A stretch of 63,398 nt of DNA, the filler included, from Octopus bimaculoides (taxonomy: Eukaryota), in NCBI RefSeq assembly GCF_001194135.2. It is 8 parts of 8 records of this genome, joined end to end, with 100 filler letters (N's around TTAATTAATTAA, not from the genome) between each part and the next. Parts side by side here need not be neighbours in the genome. Positions count along the whole stretch, not along the records: positions 27,979 to 39,023 come from NC_068981.1; positions 39,124 to 50,134 come from NC_069004.1; positions 50,235 to 54,873 come from NC_068996.1; 5 more parts are not named here. One strand, written 5' to 3'. Of the stretch, positions 37,880 to 50,302 are shown piece after piece. Position numbers and translations under genes: made by a program. Below the pieces are notes generated by a model that saw only the letters and a list, made by a program, of their open reading frames with translations, did no database searches and was not told the origin of the DNA. Every line of letters begins with the position of its first letter. Position 1 is the stretch's first letter.

Positions 37880-39023
37880 TATATCATCATCATCATCATC
37901 GTCGTCTAACATCCGCTTTCCATGCTAGCATGGGTTGGACGATTTGACTGAGGACTGGTGAAACCAGATGGTTACACCAGGCTCCAATCTGATTTGGCAG
38001 AGTTTCNNNNNNNNNNNNNNNNNNNNNNNNNNNNNNNNNNNNNNNNNNNNNNNNNNNNNNNNNNNNNNNNNNNNNNNNNNNNNNNNNNNNNNNNNNNNNN
38101 NNNNNNNNNNNNNNNNNNNNNNNNNNNNNNNNNNNNNNNNNNNNNNNNNNNNNNNNNNNNNNNNNNNNNNNNNNNNNNNNNNNNNNNNNNNNNNNNNNNN
38201 NNNNNNNNNNNNNNNNNNNNNNNNNNNNNNNNNNNNNNNNNNNNNNNNNNNNNNNNNNNNNNNNNNNNNNNNNNNNNNNNNNNNNNNNNNNNNNNNNNNN
38301 NNNNNNNNNNNNNNNNNNNNNNNNNNNNNNNNNNNNNNNNNNNNNNNNNNNNNNNNNNNTTCATGTCCAATGAGGGAGACGAAATTGGCATGTGTGCCAG
38401 TCATCAAATTTAACTCGATTTCGATTTCACTTGCCTCAACAGGTCTTCGCAAGTGGAGTTTAGTGTCCAATGAAGGAAGGAATGTACGCATAAGTGGACT
38501 GGCTGGGCCTTAGATTTAGGTCTCACTTGACTTGCCGGGTCTTCTCACGCACACCGCTGGATGCCCTTCCTAACACCAACTACTCAGAGAGTGTAGTGGG
38601 TGCTTTTACATGCCACTGGCAAGAAGGCCAGTCAAGTGGTACTGGCAACGGCCATGCTCAAAATGGTGTATTTTATGTGCCACCCACACAAGAGCCAATC
38701 CAGGGGCACTGGCAACGATCTCACTCGAAGGTCCTTACACATGCTGTGGGCACAAGTGCCAGAAAAACAACGCTGGGCACAGGTGCCATCACGATTTCGA
38801 TTTCACTTGCCCCAATAAGTCTTCGCAAGCTGAGTTTCGTGTCCAATGAAGGAGACGGTGTTGGCATGGGTGCCAGTCGTCGAATTTAACTTGATTTCGA
38901 TTTCACTTGCCTCAACAGGTCTTCGCAAGTGGAGTTTAGTGTCCAATTTAACTCGATTTCAATTTCACTTGCCTCAACAGGTCTTTGCAAGTGGAGTTTA
39001 GTGTCCAATGAAGGAAGGTATGC
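37880..39023 (-). mobile_element. RTE LINE 3' ends (probably two in tandem) with repeated UTR units
   Basis: (GAT)n tail at 37885, ORF end VREKTRQVK* near 38527-38555 and four repeats of GATTTC.ATTTCACTTGCC..GTCTT.GCAAG..GTGTCCAAT. Confidence 0.75.
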
Positions 39024-39377
39024 NNNNNNNNNNNNNNNNNNNNNNNNNNNNNNNNNNNNNNNNNNNNTTAATTAATTAANNNNNNNNNNNNNNNNNNNNN
39101 NNNNNNNNNNNNNNNNNNNNNNNGGGTGGGGGTGGCGGCGGCGGCGGTGGTGATGGCCCTGGTGTTAGTAGTGGTGTAAGCTGGTGAATGCATCATATGC
39201 ATTAGTGTAAGACTAATTGTTTGCAAACGATATTACATGTACACATGTATGTATGTATGTATGTATGGGTGTGAGTGCGTGTGCGTAGGAGTGTGTACAT
39301 GTATGTGTGTGTGTGCATCTGTGTATGCGTATGTGCATGTGTACGGGTATGCGTGTACGTGTATGTGTGTACGTGTA

Positions 39378-39416
<39 letters not shown>

Positions 39417-40095
39417 ATTTGCGGATCAATTGAGGGTATAAGTTCACACGCGTACATTTCATGAAGCTCCACAAACAAACACATACTAAAACACACACAC
39501 ACACATACACATGCACACACACATACACGTTTTATGTGTCAACAAGAAATAATGCGCAGTTGTAAATGATTCTATGGATCTATATTTACAACGCATTAAC
39601 ACAATTATACACACTTATATGCGCTGATATATATANNNNNNNNNNNNNNNNNNNNNNNNNNNNNNNNNNNNNNNNNNNNNNNNNNNNNNNNNNNNNNNNN
39701 NNNNNNNNNNNNNNNNNNNNNNNNNNNNNNNNNNNNNNNNNNNNNNNNNNNNNNNNNNNNNNNNNNNNNNNNNNNNNNNNNNNNNNNNNNNNNNNNNNNN
39801 NNNNNNNNNNNNNNNNNNNNNNNNNNNNNNNNNNNNNNNNNNNNNNNNNNNNNNNNNNNNNNNNNNNNNNNNNNNNNNNNNNNNNNNNNNNNNNNNNNNN
39901 NNNNNNNNNNNNNNNNNNNNNNNNNNNNNNNNNNNNNNNNNNNNNNNNNNNNNNNNNNNNNNNNNNNNNNNNNNNNNNNNNNNNNNNNNNNNNNNNNNNN
40001 NNNNNNNNNNNNNNNNNNNNNNNNNNNNNNNNNNNNNNNNNNNACACACACACACACACACACACACAGACACACAGACACTCATATACGCATCC

Positions 40096-40179
40096 ATATA
40101 TACGACGGGCTTCTTTCAGTTTCCGTCTACCAGACGGGAATTTGGTAGGCGGAAACTGAAAGAAGCCCGTCGTGTATAT
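40096..40179. repeat. Foldback of a SINE B segment (31-bp core stem, 10-nt loop)
   Basis: 40102-40132 versus 40143-40173, with one T/C difference. Confidence 0.9.
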
Positions 40180-40570
40180 ATGCATGTTTGTGTGGTTAAA
40201 AAGCTAGCGTTGTGACCTCGTTATTCCGGGTTCAGTTCTGCTGCGCGGCACTTTGGGCAGGTGTATTCTGCTATGTCACCAGGCCGACCAGTGCCTTGTA
40301 AATGACATTGATAGAGTCATATCTGTGCGTATGTCTGTGTGTGCGTGTACATATCTTTTATTTGCTTCAGCCATTAGACTGCGGCCATGCTGCAGCACGA
40401 CCTTGAATAATTTTTAGTCGAAGGAATCGATTCTAGTAATCATTTTTCTTTTTTTAAGCCTGTCAATTATTCTAATGGATACTTTTGCCGAACGGCTAAG
40501 TTGCCGTGACGCAAGCACACCAACACCGCTTGTTAAGCAGTGGTGGGGAAGAATCACAGTCACAACACAC
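40180..40570. mobile_element. SINE family B fragments in both orientations
   Basis: CCGGGTTCAG..TTGGGCAGGTGTATTC (plus) and GACTGCGGCCATGCTG..GCTAAGTTGCCG (minus). Confidence 0.7.
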
Positions 40571-40600
40571 ACACACACGTGTACATATATACATATATAA

Positions 40601-40654
<54 letters not shown>

Positions 40655-40830
40655 ATAGGGGGAGAATTCAGAAAAAAAAACAAGACAAAGACAGGTGGTG
40701 TAGACAACAAGCAGATGTATTAGTTTAACGCTCGGGAAGTGAAAAAGTCTTTAACGTTTCGAACCTACGCTCTTCCACAGAAAGAAGCAAGGAGATAAAA
40801 AAAAAGAATGTGTAGTGGCTAGCGATCTAT
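40655..40830 (-). mobile_element. PLE terminal-repeat fragment with hammerhead-like motif (40748-40785)
   Basis: TCTTT-CTGTGGA-A-GAGC-GTAG-GTTC-GAAA-CGTT^AAAGA; homologous to 48985-49150 and 59030-59185. Confidence 0.65.
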
Positions 40831-41643
40831 CATGGTGAATGCCGGATGTGCGCGCGTTTGTGCTTGTGTTTCATAACCAATGTTGGTTTGTTAGCATCCC
40901 CGTAATTTAACGGCAGGCATCAGTATATGGGGTCAAATCGTTGCACTATTTATATATAGTACAAACTTCCAGAAAACAAAACACAAAGACAAGTATGTAC
41001 ACACACACACACACATGTATGTCTGCCAAATCCACTCACAGGACTTTTCTATACAGTGGGACTGAAACTAGGACCATGCGGTTGGGAAGTTCCTCACCAC
41101 ACAACCGAATGGGTTATCTGGTTTTCCTATAGCTGTTTCGTCAAGATTCTTTTTGTGATCAGGTATATATTATGCACAACATTCGTAAGCCTGCCTACTT
41201 GTTATGCAACTCTCAACTCATCAGGCTACCAGATAAACGAGCGCCTAATGACATGTCGACTAACCAACACATCATCCACAAGTGAAATTTCCAATCGGAA
41301 TTACCAACATCTAAGAAATACAAAGCCGTTTGGGCTACAGAATGAAGTTGCAAAATGAAGTCGTAAGTTAAAAGCATGTCATTAAATTTAGCACCCTCGT
41401 TCGTCAAAACTAGTAGTTGTAGAACATGTTTTTATACCAGCATACACGAGTCGCTGAGCCTGACATTTGACCCTATCATAACATATTCAAAGAGCAGCCG
41501 CCTGCCCTATTCATAAGCAGAACAAGAAAGAATTATCTGTGTTGTACTGTTTTGAGGTTATCTACATTAAGGATTTGCCTGGTAAATAAATTCCAACGTC
41601 ATTTATTCACTCAGTTAATTAATCTTAATAAAGTTGCTCCGAT

Positions 41644-41704
<61 letters not shown>

Positions 41705-41714
41705 TGTGTGTGTG

Positions 41715-42355
41715 TGCATATGCGCGCGTTTGTGCCTGTGTTGGTTTGTTTGCATCCCCGTAATTTAGCGGCAAAATGGGATTGATAGAACAAGTACCAG
41801 ACATCAGTATATGTTCTGGGGTCAAATCGCTCCACTAAAATCATTCGAGACGGTGCCCCAACATAGCTGCAGCCTAATGAATAAGACAAGTAAAGGAAAA
41901 AAATAAAAGTTGTGTGTGTGTGTGTGTGTGTGTGTAAAAGATAAAAGTTATTTGTTATATTTTGTTTTATTTAATTCTATCAGTTTGACTGCGGCCACGC
42001 TGGAGCAAGGCTTTGAAGGGTTTAGTCGAAAAACATCAACCCTAGTAGATATTTAAAAATTCTCGTACGTATGCTATTATCTATGTTGCTGAACCGAGAG
42101 GTTACGGGATGTAAACAAACGAAAACCGGTTGCCAAGCAGTGATGGGCAAGAAACACAAAAATATACACATAGATATATATACATGTGCGACGGCATCTC
42201 TCATTTTCCTTTTACCAAATCCTTTAATTAGGCCTCGGTCGGCCCAGAGGTATAGTTGAAGACACATACCCAAGGCCCAAGGTGCTACGCAGTGAGAATG
42301 AACCCGAAACAAATTGGTTGCAAAGTGAGATTCTTATTCACACAGCCATACCTGT
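41715..42355. mobile_element. SINE family B: plus-strand 3' half (41715-41895) and minus-strand copy (41975-42355)
   Basis: Family B diagnostic motifs in both orientations. Confidence 0.7.
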
Positions 42356-42371
42356 ATGTGTGTGTATGTGT

Positions 42372-42411
<40 letters not shown>

Positions 42412-42809
42412 ATACATGCACTGATATACGCACGCAAAAACACACAAACGTAAATGTATACACAAGCAAAGTCGGTCGGTGGAAACGAATACTAAGATAC
42501 GTAAAAGTTACATAAACGTTTATATATCTAGAATCACACAAACAGTTTTTTAACACGCACACACACACAAACACACTTTCATACACACAAACACACATAC
42601 ATATGCACACAAGCATGCACAAACATCAACATACATACGCTCACCACCACCCCACACACACACACCGACTCACACCCCTGATCCGTATTGTAAACTGTAT
42701 TTTGAACCAGTTTTTAATTCGGTGAACTGATCACGTGGTTTTGTTGAAATGGTTACAAAAAAAAAATGTCATGTGTTTGACTCTGCGTTGATATGATTAC
42801 ATAACCATT

Positions 42810-43072
42810 AGCGAACAGAGAACTGCTGCTGCTACTGCTACTATAACTGACTGCAACACCACCACCACTAAGACCACCATTCCTACTGCTGCCGCTACCA
42901 CCACTACTACTAACACTACCACCACTACTATTAACACTACCACCACTACTACTATTACTGTGACCCCCCACTACGACCACCACCACCACTACAACTACGA
43001 TCACCACAACCACCACCACCACTACCACCAATACTAATATTACAACTATTACTATTACCACCATCACGACCG

Positions 43073-43118
<46 letters not shown>

Positions 43119-43135
43119 GACTGCTGCTGCTACTA
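42810..43135. repeat. Degenerate (ACT/ACC)n microsatellite
   Basis: Visible triplet array; source of the poly-Val/Ser ORF. Confidence 0.9.
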
Positions 43136-43768
43136 TCGCCGCGTCATGTGCCAAATTGTGAAAACATTAACAAAAGCACTTTTGAAATCGTTTCAGTCTG
43201 AAATAAAACAGTGGAACAGCTTTTAATAATTAGAGCGTCATTTCAATTTTCTTCTGATTTAATTATAGCCGTGTGGTAACAAAGTTTATTTCNNNNNNNN
43301 NNNNNNNNNNNNNNNNNNNNNNNNNNNNNNNNNNNNNNNNNNNNNNNNNNNNNNNNNNNNNNNNNNNNNNNNNNNNNNNNNNNNNNNNNNNNNNNNNNNN
43401 NNNNNNNNNNNNNNNNNNNNNNNNNNNNNNNNNNNNNNNNNNNNNNNNNNNNNNNNNNNNNNNNNNNNNNNNNNNNNNNNNNNNNNNNNNNNNNNNNNNN
43501 NNNNNNNNNNNNNNNNNNNNNNNNNNNNNNNNNNNNNNNNNNNNNNNNNNNNNNNNNNNNNNNNNNNNNNNNNNNNNNNNNNNNNNNNNNNNNNNNNNNN
43601 NNNNNNNNNNNNNNNNNNNNNNNNNNNNNNNNNNNNNNNNNNNNNNNNNNNNNNNNNNNNNNNNNNNNNNNNNNNNNNNNNNNNNNNNNNNNNNNNNNNN
43701 NNNNNNNNNNNNNNNNNNNNNNNNNNNNNNNNNNNNNNNNNNNNNNNNNNNNNNNNNNNNNNNNNNNN

Positions 43769-44241
43769 ATAAAATCGCGTGTGTGTGTTCCCTTTTCATG
43801 CGAAAACGGCTGCACGAATTGTTTCCATGTTTGGGATGCATGAATAATTTGACCTAAGGTCTTGAGTTTATATTTGCATTAAAAATAAATAGTATTGCTT
43901 TATATATATGATTCACTTCTTTAAAAAGGTTTCTCAATGTCAGCTTCCGGTATTGACGTAGCAACGGCGAAATTTTCCGTTTTCGTTTGCAAAATTTCTC
44001 ATTCTCTAGTTTAATGTTTTCATTTCAAGTTTTAATTCACTATTTGCAAACAACTACGATAAATTACTGAAAGAAATAATTTACTAACTTCACAAATTTA
44101 AATATTCGGTACAAAATAGTTTTTAACGAGCTTTTATTTATACGATTTTTTTATTTCATGTTTATTTCATTCATTGTTTTCAATACTCTCTCCGCCGTCT
44201 CTCTCTCTCTCTCTCTCTCTCACACTTTATCTCTATCTCTA

Positions 44242-44287
<46 letters not shown>

Positions 44288-44671
44288 CAGGTTTGATTTC
44301 GTTATTACACAAATATCACAGTATTTTGCAATTCAACATAAAGCATCCAAACAAATATGGCCGTTCTTTTGCTTGAACCAGCACACTTCGTTAATTTCCG
44401 TAAAAATGTTTTATTTATTTACTTTGCACGCGCTGTCTTCAGCTCTATGTACTTGTAGCCAGTCACACGTGCACACATATGTTTTAGCATGTACGTTTGT
44501 ATACATTTATGCGTGTGTTTGTGTGTGTGTGTATGTATGTATGTGTAAGAGAGAGTGAGTGAAGGGTGTATTGTCATGTATATGTACATATGTAAATACA
44601 CATGCATACATCATTTTTGTATGTAAGTGTGCGTGCGTGAGAGAGACAGAAAGAGAGTAATGTCTAAGTGG

Positions 44672-44738
<67 letters not shown>

Positions 44739-47504
44739 TCTCTCTCCCTCTCTCTCTCTCTCAGACACATACATACGGAAAAGATGTATGCTTATTTATT
44801 TATGTATGTATGTATACATTTATGTACGTATACATGACAACATACCCTTTCGATCGCTCTCTCTCTCTCTCACGCACACACACGTCCATTTCATCTGATG
44901 TTTGATACTGTATGCATGTGTGTGTGTACGTGTGTGGGTGTGTGTGTGGGTGTATGTGTGTGCGTCCGTAGGGTGTTCTACAATCATCATTTATTTCTAT
45001 CATTCTTGGGGAGATATTCACGTAACTCAGTTTTTCCTATAATCCTCATTTTAATTTTCGAAAACGTTTCCAAGTACAATATTCTCACTCTCTACAAGAG
45101 AAGACGGGATAGATGTAGATGATGAGTATTCGACAGTGAATCAAAGACGAGTGCAGGTAGCCAGAGTCAATGTTGAATTCTGCAACTCTTCTAACTCTAT
45201 TAAGTATGTTTGCAAATATATAAACAAAGGTTTAGATGCTGCAACATACACTCTTATGCAGAATGGCAATCAGCAGATAAATAAAAGTGACAAAGTTACG
45301 CGGTATGACAGAGGAAGATACATCAGTACCAATGAGACTTTTTGGCGCATCTTCAATTTTCTCATTCAATAGAGGCACTCACCCATCATTCATCTGAGTG
45401 TCCATCTAGAGAATGACCACAGGGTTAGCTTTTCAAAGCAAACAGCCATGCAACAAGCACTTTCTCAAAAAGAAACTACCATTACTGCCTTTTTTTAAGT
45501 TGTGGCAAGTAGATGAAGATACAAGAAAACTCATTTACCCACAATTATCCAAGTATTACACATGGAGAAACAATAAATCGCACAAGAGGAAACGTGGAGG
45601 CTGACGCTCTTGCAAGAGTTTACAGTGTCCCTCCAAGCCAAGCAGAACACTACTACTTACGACTCCTTTTGCATGAAGTACGTGGTCCAAAACCATTCCA
45701 AGATTCGAGAAGGGTAAAAGGTCATGTGTGTGAAACTTATAGAAAAGCATGCTATGAACAAGATTTTTTAGAAAATGATGGGCATTGGGATCTTGTATTG
45801 ACTGAAGCATCAGTATTAGGTTTTCCAAGAAAACTCTGTAACCTTTTTGCAATTATACCGAACATGTGTCAACTTGGCAGTCTCCTACAGCTTTGGATGA
45901 AACATCGTGAGGACATGGCTAAGGACTTCAACAAGCTAACTCAGGTATCAATATTCAATTCTCTGAAACAACTTTTAACGAAGCACCGATTGAAACGGAG
46001 GATCGAGTTTTGGCCATGGGAGACAAACATTTGCAAGAGTCTGACTCTGGACTGCCAAAAACAAGCTAATTAGTGATTTAGAGACATAGCAAGAGAGACA
46101 AATTATGACATGTCAGACTTGGCTGCATTTGTGAATGAACATGAACCTAAACCTCTTCTAGAACAACGCTGTGCATATGATAAAAGTATTTCGTCAGTCA
46201 GAGAGAAAAGGAGAGGAATTTTCTTTCGTGATGCTCTCACTGGCACAGGTAAAACATTTGTAACAACAAAGCTTCTCTCCAAGGTGAGGCAGCAAAAAAG
46301 AATTGCAGTTGCTGTAGCATCGTCTGGCTTTGCTGCCACACCCCCTTCTCCCGGGAGGACGAACAGCTCATTCTGCTTTTAAATTACCTGGTCACAAATG
46401 ACAGTCCAATTTGTAGCATAAGCAAAGCTTCAGGTTCAGCAGAAATGTTGCGCCAATGCCACCTGATCACCATGCCACACAGACATAAGAGGCAAGAATA
46501 AATCTATGGGAGGAGTTGCATTAGTTTTATCAGGAGATTTCAGACAGACATAACCAGTTATTCCGAGACGATCAGGATCTGATGAAATAAAAGCAAGTAT
46601 TAAGTCTTCACACCTATGGAATAAGTACAGAAATTCTCCTTCAATACTAACGTACCAGCTTTATTGCATGGGGACCAATGTACAAAACAGTTTTCATCAT
46701 GGCGCCTCCAATTAGGAAATGGGAAAGTACTATTTGATGGGAATGGTGATATCAGTTTGGCTTATATTGCTATCGTTGTGAATTCCTCGGTTGAATTTAA
46801 GTAATAATTATAATTCACATAAATGGTTATGTGAAAGGCAATTCTTGCTCCAAAAATGAGACAGTAGCAAGGATTAACCATGAATTGATGAATAAGATTC
46901 CAACAGTCATTGAAGAGTACAAATCAATTTATTCAGTCCTTGATGAAAATCAAGCTGTCCATTACCCAACAGAGTTCCTTAATTCTCTTGAGCCACCTGG
47001 AACTCCTCCACATAAACTTTTTCTGAAAATAAGAGTCATAATGATGCTTCTAAGAAATTTAGATCCTCCTAAATTATGCAATAGGACAAGGTTGGTTGTG
47101 AAGACATTATCACCTAATATGACAGAAGCTACCATCATCAATGGATGTGCCTCTGGGGAAGAGGTTTTCATTCCAAGAATCCCAATCAAACCAACAGACA
47201 TGCCATTTGAGTTCAGACGAACAGAATTTCCAGTGCGACTTTGCTTCGCAGTGTCTATTAATAAAGCTTAAGGTCAGACTTTGAAATCTACTGGCTTGCA
47301 ATTAATTGAACCTTGTTTTTCGCACGGTCAACTTTATGTTGGTTGCTGCAGGGTTGGTAGTTTGCAAGACTTACTTGTTCATGCTCCAAACCAGAAAACA
47401 AAGAGTGTTGTTTACCCAGCTCTTACGAAATTCCCTTCAACATATGTGATAGAATTTATTCCCTTTCATAAAAGTGGTAAATTTTGTATTTTCCTTTTTT
47501 TGGT

Positions 47505-47556
<52 letters not shown>

Positions 47557-47764
47557 GTAGTAGTAGTAGTAGTAGTAGTAGTAATCGAATGTATGTATGT
47601 ATTATGAATTCAGAATTGATTTCCGAGTTAAAGAATAAGTTGTATCCCAATTGAAGAATAAATTGAATATCGAATAACAAATTTCTATACAAGATATTTT
47701 GCGTTTTTCTTCCAATATATAAGGAACAATTTCATTCCGGGGCAACGCCGGGTACCTCTGCTAG
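43769..47764 (+). mobile_element. Helitron with decayed RepHel and intact 3' end
   Basis: 45150-47420: VEFCNS..IKYVCKYINKG..GRYISTNE..YYLRLLLHEVRGP..GTGKTF..AVASSG..PTEFLNSLEPPG.PPHKL..RIPI..FPVRLCFAVSINKA*GQTL..FSHGQLYVG. 3' hairpin CCGG-GGCAACG-CCGG (47737-47751), then CTAG|T (47761-47764). The 5' boundary at the gap edge is inferred. Confidence 0.85.
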
Positions 47765-47767
47765 TGC

Positions 47768-47980
47768 TTTCTCTTGTTTACTTCAGTCATCTGAGTGCGG
47801 TCATGCTGGAGCACCGCCTTTAGTCGATCAAGTCGATCCCAGCACTTATTTTTTGTAGCTTAGTACTTATTCTATCGGTATCTTTTGCCGAAGCGCTAAG
47901 TTACGGGCACGTAAACACACCAGCATCGGTTTCAAGCGACGGTAGGAGAACAAACACACACACACACACACACACACATA
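47768..47980 (-). mobile_element. SINE family B, 3' half
   Basis: GCGGTCATGCTGGAGCACCGCCTTTAGTCG..GCTAAGTTACGG..GTAAACACACCAGCATCGG. Confidence 0.85.
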
Positions 47981-48164
47981 GCTACCCAGGGTTTCCAGAC
48001 CAAAATATTAACTTTTAAGCAGATGAAGTTTGAGCAGGAGATGCTCATAAAGAAAAATACATAAAGAAAGACACCAGGGTGATGACCAACATTACAATAA
48101 ACAAAAGTCAAAAAGATGTAAACAAGATATTAATGGTTTGTGGTGTGACTGGTAGCCTATTTCT

Positions 48165-48780
48165 AAATTCCGTCGAGATGTACTTCTTAAAATGTGGACA
48201 TAAAGAAAAAATCCCGTTCTTGAAAATTACGTAGTCGTTGAAGGCTCACAAGTTCTTTAAGAGATATAGATTTTCAAGAGAACATATGAACTTCTTTTGA
48301 ACCCGTTAATATAGTGTCTGGTTTTGGAGAGGATCCTCCATTAGAAGTCATAGTTGGTCCCTTCGTCTTTAAGTTTCTAGATTAAAGCCGAAAGGGTAGT
48401 TGAAAGCCTCTTATCAAGGTGCGTAAAATTCGTAAGATGGTTGCTACATCTAGGTTTAAATTTGCCTTCCACGTCTCCGATATAACGTTTGATTTCTGTT
48501 TGACTGTTGCCATAGTTTGCTGAAACTTCTGCTTCATAAACAACTGAGAATATATCACACTTCTGCCATAGAAGACATCCAGGGCTGCGTTGAGTCGTCT
48601 GTTGCTTATTGATATATCTCTTAACATCAGGGGAGCAGGTAAGGTCATTTTAATTGTGTTCCTTAAAGATTTTACAATATCTATGAGTTCAGGGAAAGTA
48701 TATATCTACTGAGTACAAGCAACTTCTACCTACAATTGTTCTAACATTAAGAGAGAAAAGTGGGAGTCTTCTTCTCAGCT
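48165..48780 (-). mobile_element. PLE linker and GIY-YIG remnant (Hydra-like)
   Basis: Frameshifted SLNVRTIVGR..YFP*TH..KIF..NTIKMT..SVVYEAEV..YIGDVEGKFKPRCSNH..STTLSALI*KLKD..W.IL..LCPHFKK. Confidence 0.8.
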
Positions 48781-48954
48781 TGAAAAATGGCGATATATTT
48801 TATCATCAAAGAATGTATATATACATTTTAATACTCAGACTGTTTTTTAACATTTTTTATTATTCTCAAAGACTTTTGATAATCTTTTTCTAAAAAAGTG
48901 AAACCGGTTAAGTAAATAAATATTTTTTAAAAATAAGTGCATTTTCAAACTTTC

Positions 48955-48984
<30 letters not shown>

Positions 48985-48986
<2 letters not shown>

Positions 48987-49345
48987 GGGAGAATGTACGA
49001 AAAAACAACAACAGACGAGGACAGGTGGTGTAAATAACAAAAGGATGTATTAGTATGACGCTCGAGAATACGGAAAGTCTTTGACGTTTCGAGCTACGCT
49101 CTTCAACAGAAAGAATACGGAGACAAGGAGAAAAACACGGAGAAGAAGAATTGAATAGTGTTCAGTCAACGGTCAATCATAGTAAAGGAAAAAATAAAGA
49201 TGATAAACGTAATAAAGGAGGTTTACAAAAGTGGAAAAGTGGAAAAGTTCAAAAGTTTTTTAGACGTCGTGGTATATTGAGGCGATTTCCAATCAGAAGA
49301 TGGGTCCAGTGTAATCCGTGGGTAGGAGAGGTGCAGCCGGAGGGT
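48985..49345 (-). mobile_element. PLE terminal repeat with hammerhead-like motif (49078-49114)
   Basis: TCTTT-CTGTTGA-A-GAGC-GTA-GCTC-GAAA-CGTC^AAAGA, preceded by a possible ORF tail (GCTSPTHGL). Confidence 0.65.
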
Positions 49346-49618
49346 GTAGCCATATAGCGATTCACCTATCGCGCACTCGCGGATTTTTCTGTCTAATATA
49401 TGTAAATTTATATCGCGGACTTCTCAGTAAATCACGGGTTTCTGCGACCGATAGGTATTTTATATTTTTTAGATTTTAATTATTTCAGTGGTAAAATAAG
49501 CTTTTTCGCGCCTAAAAATTAATAAATTAATAAATTAAAATAGAGTACAGTAATGCATAACACATTAATTAAAATATATTAAAAGAAAATACGTATATAT
49601 ATATATATATATATATAT

Positions 49619-49903
49619 GAGACTTGTTCATCCTAAAAATCTTTCTTCCACGTCTCAGATTTCAGTTTCAAATCAACCCCTCCTTGAACCCTAACTAACA
49701 AACAACTAACTGCGTTCGGTTCGCTTCGAAACTAGCCAAATGGTCAGACACTGAAGAAGTTGCACAGAAAATCATGCCTGGTTGCATGTGCAACCGCCCG
49801 TACTTTGTGTAGCGGAAACACGTACAGGTCGTAACAACCATACAAATTAGCTGTATGAAATTGTAAAATAAGAGGAAATAAATTTTGAAGATGAACAAGT
49901 CTC
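49619..49903. mobile_element. MITE with 14-bp perfect TIR
   Basis: GAGACTTGTTCATC (49619-49632) / GATGAACAAGTCTC (49890-49903); TA within 1-2 nt of each end. Confidence 0.65.
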
Positions 49904-50076
49904 CATATCCTGTATCGTTAAAATTATTGCTGATTAACCCTCCAGATAGTATTACCATCCCGAGAAGTGAACACGAATTTCCCATCGGAGGAATTTACAG
50001 CATGGATGATAACTAATAGTAATTATAAACGTTAAATACTAATCGATGTGGTCAGCCGTAACCTGGAACATATCAA

Positions 50077-50134
<58 letters not shown>

Positions 50135-50234
50135 NNNNNNNNNNNNNNNNNNNNNNNNNNNNNNNNNNNNNNNNNNNNTTAATTAATTAANNNNNNNNNN
50201 NNNNNNNNNNNNNNNNNNNNNNNNNNNNNNNNNN

Positions 50235-50267
<33 letters not shown>

Positions 50268-50302
50268 GTACAGGACGTCACTAACTGTGCAGACAACATA
50301 AA

